Source: a virus | Lineage: Duplodnaviria; Heunggongvirae; Uroviricota; Caudoviricetes | DNA length: 64,000 nucleotides | Direction: 5' to 3' (one strand) | IMG/VR virus record: IMGVR_UViG_3300048599_000194 | Span: 1 to 64,000 of that record | In this document: one piece after another, positions 57,888 through 64,000 of the stretch | How the letters are laid out: each line of letters begins with the position of its first letter | Position numbering within the stretch: position 1 is the stretch's first letter | Program-made: the position numbers and the translations under genes | Notes under the pieces: generated by a model | The model's database searches: none | The model's input: the letters and a program-made list of their open reading frames with translations, nothing else | Told to the model about the DNA's origin: nothing

Positions 57888-58441
57888 AGGTTATTCCATT
57901 TCTTTATCTGGTTGATCTGCCATTTTAGTGTTTCTACGTCAGTTCCAATGTCATTAATTACGACATGGTCTATCAAATGTTCACTAACCCCAGCTTCAGA
58001 TGAATGTTGAAGTGCTTTTTCATCCATTCCGCTTCTATTTCTATTTGAATCAACTCGGATCACAATTCCGCCCTTGCGTTTGATCCATTCGGCCTCATTA
58101 TCAAATCTAATATCAGCTATAACGAACTTGTCAATGCTATTTGCTTTATATATTGAATGAAGCCAAGTCTCTGCGGCATCTACCCACGTATCCGCACCAT
58201 ATACATCTCTATTTTCTTCAGTTCCAATTTGCTGTAGCCGATGTCTCACATGCGCTGGCTTCGTATCAAATACTTCTTCATATGTAAATAAGTATTTTCT
58301 AACAACATCTATCTTAAAATGATTAGCAAGCGCAAACTTAAAGTAATCGCCTAAACAGGCATTAGCTATGAAATCCTTACCAGATCCCGCCTTACCATGC
58401 AAACCAATTATCTTTACGTTCTTCTCTAGTAAATCCAACAT
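57884..58441 (-). CDS. dNMP kinase (T4 gp1-like)
   Basis: GKAGSGKD, LQQIGTE, DIRFDNE, HSSE. Confidence 0.9.
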   Translation of the reverse strand: MLDLLEKNVKIIGLHGKAGSGKDFIANACLGDYFKFALANHFKIDVVRKYLFTYEEVFDTKPAHVRHRLQQIGTEENRDVYGADTWVDAAETWLHSIYKANSIDKFVIADIRFDNEAEWIKRKGGIVIRVDSNRNRSGMDEKALQHSSEAGVSEHLIDHVVINDIGTDVETLKWQINQIKKWNNL

Positions 58442-59534
58442 TAGATTTCTTCCTTTCTAGAAGATTAACTCCAAGGTCTAATGCTTCCATTTGAAAGCAC
58501 ATTATTTCTCCAATTGTAGGTTGAATCACATACTGCATGATGACTTCAGTCTTAACAGTGCCATCTGGATTCATCTCTTCTGGCTTAAAGAATCCTGAGG
58601 TGACAAGCCCATTTAGGTCGTGTACTCCTAATTCCCATTTCAACAACTTATTCGCCCACTTAAATACTCTAAAACCTTTTTTCAAGTACTTAAATGCAAC
58701 TCTCAATCCATCTTCATCTCCGTCAGCGAAAACTATTCCGTTTCGATGTAGAGACTTATGTATATTTTCAAAAAAGAAATCATATTTCTGAGCGCCACCA
58801 CATGCCCCAGAATTATCTACAAATTGACTATCTATTACACCCTCAAAAGCAAAATAATCCCTACCAAGATCTAAATTAGGTAAATTATAGTTATTAGGCT
58901 TCCAATTCTCTGGATATAGATACTTAACCCACGGTTTAGGTCTTAAATCTCTAGCCTCAAAATGTTTATATGTCATGTCTTTATTGTAATGAGGTATAAT
59001 TATTCGATTTGCATATCTACCCTCTTCGCAATATAGGAAATGTCTTGCATATTTTTTAGGAATTCTACGTGAACAAACAAACTCCATTGCACTTTGATAT
59101 GTTCTAGATTGAGTCTTCACTGCAAGTGGCTTGAATAATGAGTAGTCAACTATTTCCTCTTCGAGTGGCGCATCAACATAAGTTGCATTCTCAGTTTCTG
59201 TCTTCGAATTTAATGATATTCCAATAAAAACGTCCTGAATCCACTGATTGTATAGTTCTTTCTTTTCAGATTTCAGAAACTTACCAAATGAATTCTTATA
59301 CCCACAATTATGACAACCTATTGCTCCATTACCGTCCATATTGGTAATGAGAAACCCACGCTTCTTAGTCTTAACTTTATCCGAATCTCCACATATCGGG
59401 CATCTGAATACAAATTTACGCCCCTTTTGCTCAATACCCTCGACTCCGAATTTTTCTAGGTATTCCTTGAACTTCGCAGGGGGCGTAGTGACCACATGGT
59501 TCCATGAGTGTACGAATACGCCATCGTTCTCCAT
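58392..59534 (-). CDS. DNA primase (T4 gp61-like)
   Basis: RCPICGDS, CHNCG, RIIIP, FEGVIDS. Confidence 0.9.
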   Translation of the reverse strand: MENDGVFVHSWNHVVTTPPAKFKEYLEKFGVEGIEQKGRKFVFRCPICGDSDKVKTKKRGFLITNMDGNGAIGCHNCGYKNSFGKFLKSEKKELYNQWIQDVFIGISLNSKTETENATYVDAPLEEEIVDYSLFKPLAVKTQSRTYQSAMEFVCSRRIPKKYARHFLYCEEGRYANRIIIPHYNKDMTYKHFEARDLRPKPWVKYLYPENWKPNNYNLPNLDLGRDYFAFEGVIDSQFVDNSGACGGAQKYDFFFENIHKSLHRNGIVFADGDEDGLRVAFKYLKKGFRVFKWANKLLKWELGVHDLNGLVTSGFFKPEEMNPDGTVKTEVIMQYVIQPTIGEIMCFQMEALDLGVNLLERKKSNVGFTREERKDNWFAW

Positions 59535-59550
59535 GTCATGATTGTAGCAA

Positions 59551-60105
59551 CTATCTAGGTCGCTGGAGTGAAGCTCGCCTACGATGGAGCTTGTTTATGA
59601 TTGACTTTGTTACCTTGCATATTGCTTCGCATTTGAATCTATTATTCGCTATTTCGTATAGTGTCTTTGTTAATTCTACCTCTGCAACTCTCAAAGACTT
59701 AATTGCACGTCCATCTGGATTAGATTCATCTAACTCATATTCTAATATTTCATTTACTGAACTCTCACCAACTCCATATCTTACGATTTCTATACATCTC
59801 AATCCAATTAACGTGGCTATTACGCTATTATATTCCTTCTTGTAATCACAATTAACATTAGTGAACTTAGTTAAATGAGACTTCTGTTCTTTTCTGAATT
59901 TACCCAATATGGAAATTGCCTCGTTTATTTGTTTTACTTCATTCAAATTATATCTAACTCCAACCAATTCAAAAATAACCTGTGACAGTCTGTCAATGTG
60001 ATCTTGATCATTGAAAACGCTAATAGAGTTAATATACATCAAATAAAGTGAATGTCTATTCCGATATAGTTCAGAAAATGCTTTATTTCTCTTGTAAATT
60101 GCCAT
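59551..60105 (-). CDS. hypothetical protein in the replication cluster
   Basis: 184-aa ORF with GGAG SD. Confidence 0.65.
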   Translation of the reverse strand: MAIYKRNKAFSELYRNRHSLYLMYINSISVFNDQDHIDRLSQVIFELVGVRYNLNEVKQINEAISILGKFRKEQKSHLTKFTNVNCDYKKEYNSVIATLIGLRCIEIVRYGVGESSVNEILEYELDESNPDGRAIKSLRVAEVELTKTLYEIANNRFKCEAICKVTKSIINKLHRRRASLQRPR

Positions 60106-60118
60106 TTAGACTCCAAAA

Positions 60119-60147
60119 TAAAAAAGGAGAGGTTTTACCCTCTCCCT
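60119..60147 (-). terminator. intrinsic terminator after gp32
   Basis: AAAAAGGAGAGG-TTTTAC-CCTCTCC inverted repeat. Confidence 0.8.
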
Positions 60148-60174
60148 GTATTTACATCAGAGACGAATATTTTC

Positions 60175-61266
60175 TTACTTGAACCAAGCGTCATCATCCA
60201 CAGGCTTTGCAACATGTGGCTGATTCGTCGCAGGTGTTGGAGGAAGAGGAGTTACTCGTTCGGCCTGGACGGGCATCACGCTTTCAGGTGTCTGTAGGGC
60301 AGGTCGTCCTGGTACCGCCATTACGGGCTTAGGAGCGGGTGCCTGCTGTGCCTGAGGTGCAAGTGTCGGCCTTGCCATCTGAGGGGCTGGTGTAGCCTGT
60401 ACGGCGCTTCCAGCCTGCGCAAATGCAGTGTCGAATTCATCCATTTGAACGGCTTGCTGTACTGGTGCAAATCCACCTACACTCGGACCTGGGGTTCCCG
60501 CAAATCCAAGATTACTGTAAGTCTTCTGAACGCCAGCCAACTCACTACCGCCAGCTTTACTCAAGATGTCAGCTATTTCTTCCTGTGAAGGAATAATAAT
60601 CTGAGCCTGAATGTCGTGGCACATCGATCTCACTTGATTAATATAATTTACGTCATCGCTAATTGGGGTTGCTCCTCCAGATACAATGAACATCGATCCA
60701 TCGTACTTAGGAATATCTCCAACTAGTTTCATCGCGAGCAAAAAGTCTGCGCCCTTCGTTGGATGGAATGCATTGATCGAAGGCATGCTGGTGAGAGGAG
60801 GATTCTTGAGTTTCTCAATCTGCTCCATGATCTGATTAGGGAATTCCCACCACATCACTCTACCAACATTATCCGGCCTAACACTATCCTCAAGAATTAG
60901 TACATTGGCAACCCAGCGAGTCTTGTTTCCGTGAGCCTTTGCTCGATTCACAAGTGCCGGAATTTTCGACTTATGGGACTGGATGTTATCCGAGCAAATA
61001 TCACACTGATTTCTACCATCAGTGGTCTTTGGGCAAATAACACGAACAGTCTTATTTCCAACCTTCATGTAGTGAACAATCTTCTTAACGAACATTGGTC
61101 CATTTGCGGGAGGAATAAACCTCACGCGAGCGAGATACTCGGGCCTCTTCTCGTCTACAGAAGGCTTGAACTGATTTGGATCATTCCTATCGCCCCCATT
61201 GCCGTTGCCATTTACAAGCGCAAGCGTCTGATCAAATTGTGCGTCAAAATCTGCAAAGTTATCCAT
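60175..61266 (-). CDS. single-stranded DNA-binding protein (T4 gp32-like)
   Basis: VRFIP, CP.T....CDIC, ANVLILED, GADF, YDGS, acidic DDDAWF tail; start at ATG 61266. Confidence 0.9.
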   Translation of the reverse strand: MDNFADFDAQFDQTLALVNGNGNGGDRNDPNQFKPSVDEKRPEYLARVRFIPPANGPMFVKKIVHYMKVGNKTVRVICPKTTDGRNQCDICSDNIQSHKSKIPALVNRAKAHGNKTRWVANVLILEDSVRPDNVGRVMWWEFPNQIMEQIEKLKNPPLTSMPSINAFHPTKGADFLLAMKLVGDIPKYDGSMFIVSGGATPISDDVNYINQVRSMCHDIQAQIIIPSQEEIADILSKAGGSELAGVQKTYSNLGFAGTPGPSVGGFAPVQQAVQMDEFDTAFAQAGSAVQATPAPQMARPTLAPQAQQAPAPKPVMAVPGRPALQTPESVMPVQAERVTPLPPTPATNQPHVAKPVDDDAWFK

Positions 61267-61267
61267 T

Positions 61268-61564
61268 TTAGTGCCTCTTTCTTTGTTTCGCAAGCATAGA
61301 CCCATTGTCCTCTACCATTTCACTTCTAATGTCGAGCCTATTTTCCTCATCAAGCAACTCAACTAAGAACTCTATTTCATAGTGATCTTTCATTGAAAGA
61401 ATCATATGCCATAGTTTCTTGTTTGGATATTCTTGTTTCAGATCTCTAAGCACTTGATTAAAAGCTACCTTCTTGGAGTTCAAAACGGACTCGTCAGAAG
61501 AAAGGCTCATACCATAGGCCAGGAAATGTTCATTGAGAGTTTCGATCCAGTTACTAACGATCAT
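61268..61564 (-). CDS. possible late transcription coactivator (gp33-like)
   Basis: LLDEENRLDIRSEMVEDN resembles the gp33 C-terminal helix; adjacent to gp32 as in T4-like phages. Confidence 0.35.
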   Translation of the reverse strand: MIVSNWIETLNEHFLAYGMSLSSDESVLNSKKVAFNQVLRDLKQEYPNKKLWHMILSMKDHYEIEFLVELLDEENRLDIRSEMVEDNGSMLAKQRKRH

Positions 61565-62949
61565 CGTGGAAAATTCCTTGCTTCATCCAAGATTTCGCTT
61601 GCGGTTTCTCCGGTAGACTGAAAGCTCTGGATCTCATTGTCAGTTGCATCCCTGAACTTCATTATATCAGCAAAACCCTTGGCCAGGAACGCGATGTCCT
61701 TAGGTCCGTATCGGTTCTTGATGATGTTTAGTTCATACAGGCCATTTGCAACCATCGTAGGGTCGCGTAAAATGGCAATTCCATTAGCGGAATACTTATA
61801 GATGTCAATAGATTCTCCGACATCCTTAGCGCCAGCCTTTGTATTTCCGTATCCGTTTCTATTAAACTGAGAGCAAGTCACCACCGGGACATCTAAAACC
61901 TTAGCAAGATTCTCTATTTCCTTTGTAATGTATCCAAGATCTTCATGTTTCTTTCCGCCACCTTGATTTGCTTTATTTGCAGACATACAATTAATGTAAT
62001 CAAGGAAAATTATATGCGGCCTAAAACCTTCTTTTACTTGAAGATCTCTAATAGCATTTAGAATATCAAGAGAATTAACTTCAAACGAAGGCCATTCAAG
62101 AATTCTAAGATCTGAAGTACTAATTTCACGAATTTTATCTTCAAAAAATTTAGCGTCGTAGTTTTTCAAAACCCCTACCGGAATTTCTAGAAGATTAGCA
62201 ACAACCTTCTTCATAATCTCCTGTTTATCCATCTCAAGACTAATGTATAATACGTCATATCCCTGAGAAAATGCATATGCGGCGTCGTTACATAGATATG
62301 TGGTTTTACCCATGTTCGATTCACCGTACCAAACTGTAAGTGCCTTTGAGGCATATCCTCCACTCATATAATGATTGAGTGTTGGCGAGAATGTTGGAAT
62401 AAATGAATTTGGAGTGTTTAGATAATCTACAAAAGCTGCCATATCCTTCTTAGCAGATATACCAGTCTTAGATTCAATAGTAAATGAAACTGCATCGGAA
62501 AAGCCTTCAATTACTTTTGCGTCAATTGCAGTCACGTCACCAGATGTCTTGATCTTAGCACTAGCCTCCATGAGACGACTGAAAGTTAAGCGCATTCTAA
62601 CGAATTCTTGTAGCTTATCTTTCAAATATTCTTCATCATAATTACGAATCGAAATATTACCTAAATTCTTAAATTTATCCTTGACGTTTTCATCGCTAAG
62701 ATATAAATCGTAGAATTCCTTAGGGCTTGGATAGCGACCGTGGTCCGCAAAGAACTTCTTTGCGGACTCTACGATCTTACCATTTTCCTCATTGACCATT
62801 GTTGTTCGGCCAAGTCTAGGAAATATTTTATTACCTAACTCTGGCTTCAAGAATAATGTCTTGATGACAATATCCTCGAAATCCAGAGGGGTTAGTGATT
62901 TGAATGGATCTTCTGCATCAATCACAGGGGGTACAGAAACGTCTAACAT
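61561..62949 (-). CDS. replicative DNA helicase (T4 gp41-like)
   Basis: GESNMGKT, ISLEM, LDY, SQFNR, IKNRYG. Confidence 0.92.
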   Translation of the reverse strand: MLDVSVPPVIDAEDPFKSLTPLDFEDIVIKTLFLKPELGNKIFPRLGRTTMVNEENGKIVESAKKFFADHGRYPSPKEFYDLYLSDENVKDKFKNLGNISIRNYDEEYLKDKLQEFVRMRLTFSRLMEASAKIKTSGDVTAIDAKVIEGFSDAVSFTIESKTGISAKKDMAAFVDYLNTPNSFIPTFSPTLNHYMSGGYASKALTVWYGESNMGKTTYLCNDAAYAFSQGYDVLYISLEMDKQEIMKKVVANLLEIPVGVLKNYDAKFFEDKIREISTSDLRILEWPSFEVNSLDILNAIRDLQVKEGFRPHIIFLDYINCMSANKANQGGGKKHEDLGYITKEIENLAKVLDVPVVTCSQFNRNGYGNTKAGAKDVGESIDIYKYSANGIAILRDPTMVANGLYELNIIKNRYGPKDIAFLAKGFADIMKFRDATDNEIQSFQSTGETASEILDEARNFPR

Positions 62950-62972
62950 CTATCTCCTTTTCGGGGATTGTG

Positions 62973-64000
62973 TTAGAATTCAAACTCCTCGTCGCCCGTA
63001 TCGGCTTCGATTAGCTCTGCGTCATCCACAATCCCTATCATTTCACCGTTTTCGTCTACTTCATTACCAAACTGGAATGTCTTTTTTACAATTACGTCGA
63101 TCTCTTCAATCAAATTTGGGATCTCGGCAACATAACTCTTAACCTCAGGATATTCTCCGTTTTCGTCCTTTGGCTTGCAAATTAACTTGTAAAATTTACC
63201 CTTACTTCCTCGAAGAACAGGCTCAACTAAAGTGCCTTCACAGAATTGTTGCAATCCAAAATTCTTCGCAACTCCCGTCTGGAAATCAACATATAGGTCA
63301 ACTTGCGATCCTTTTCTGATGTATCGAGATTTCACTGCCTTACATGTAAAAAATGTTCCAGTCACAACGTCCCTGGTTACATTTTCCCCATCTTTTTCAG
63401 AGAATACCCTTGTTGTGGTCTTTGATTCCTTGGTCTTCAATACTATGATAGCAGATGCCCCATACAAGCCGCCAGTACCGCCTCCAACTTTCTTACCAGC
63501 ATCCACACTGGCTGAGTTAGCGGTCTGTTCCATCATGTCATATACATGATTGATCAAAATCAAAGGAATCTTAAGGACGTTCATATCTAGAGTAACGTCT
63601 CGGAAAAACGCCTTTAGTTGCTTGTTTAGGCGTAAATTATCCTTAGGATCTCTCTTTTCTAGATTCTTCTGATCGGCTTCAGTGGTCAACATGGAAACAG
63701 AGTCAATTACAAATAAGAATTTAGGTCTATTGAGATATTCTTCAGAATTTGGGTCCAATGAATTAAAATATGCCTTATACTGCTCAAGCATATTATATAT
63801 TTGAACTCTAAGTGCCTCGACCGTCTTAATCTTTAGAATTTCATAGTCAATTCCTCGACCTTTGAATCCAAAGTTTGCAAACATTTCTTCATCTTTCTCA
63901 CCCTCAGTATCAACATAAAAGATGAAATATCCGGCATCTGCCGCCTTTTTGCAGATTCTGAGGGTAAAAAAGGTCTTACCTGTTGCAGGTTCACCTGCAA
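62973..64000 (-). CDS. uvsX: RecA-like recombinase UvsX (5' end outside the window)
   Basis: Frame open to the window end: AGEPATGKT, YVDTEG, VIDS, INHVY, GGGTG. Confidence 0.9.
   Translation of the reverse strand, partial: AGEPATGKTFFTLRICKKAADAGYFIFYVDTEGEKDEEMFANFGFKGRGIDYEILKIKTVEALRVQIYNMLEQYKAYFNSLDPNSEEYLNRPKFLFVIDSVSMLTTEADQKNLEKRDPKDNLRLNKQLKAFFRDVTLDMNVLKIPLILINHVYDMMEQTANSASVDAGKKVGGGTGGLYGASAIIVLKTKESKTTTRVFSEKDGENVTRDVVTGTFFTCKAVKSRYIRKGSQVDLYVDFQTGVAKNFGLQQFCEGTLVEPVLRGSKGKFYKLICKPKDENGEYPEVKSYVAEIPNLIEEIDVIVKKTFQFGNEVDENGEMIGIVDDAELIEADTGDEEFEF

Noticed and set aside
1-64000. Genome-wide stop-codon reassignment (TGA or TAG), prompted by the TGA at 26054
   Set aside because: Core genes are intact in code 11; TGA ends genes with coupled overlaps (e.g. 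2689, 5892) and TAG ends 55583 and 59551

Overview
64 kb segment of a large, AT-rich, T4-like (Tevenvirinae-style gene content, probably jumbo) myophage genome, standard genetic code. It carries T4-type replication genes (UvsX, gp41 helicase, gp32 SSB, gp61 primase, gp45/gp44/gp62 clamp and loader, RNase H, RuvC-like resolvase), nucleotide metabolism (class II RNR, tandem ThyX, dUTPase, dCMP deaminase, dNMP kinase), an NAD-dependent ligase, a phage sigma70-type factor, GroES, PhoH, a small terminase and gp4-like gene, a cluster of paralogous fibre/receptor-binding genes, a collagen-like gene (partial), a glycosyltransferase cluster and a lysis cassette. Three promoter classes are readable directly in the sequence (early GTTGACN-N17-TATCTT, putative middle GCTACAAT, late TAAATA), and many middle and late genes appear to be leaderless. 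The most striking region is an early-expressed island at 11.9-15.3 kb: RNA ligase 1, an unannotated 31-aa type IV prepilin-only peptide, a tRNA-binding YqeY protein, a 115-nt RNA that folds into two cross-paired tRNA-like acceptor/T-arm heads (both with the Ala identity elements G3:U70 and A73), and a second RNA ligase. An early NAD-reconstitution operon (Nudix, PncC-like/NMNAT fusion, NAMPT) is also present. All functional calls come from manual motif recognition, not database searches.
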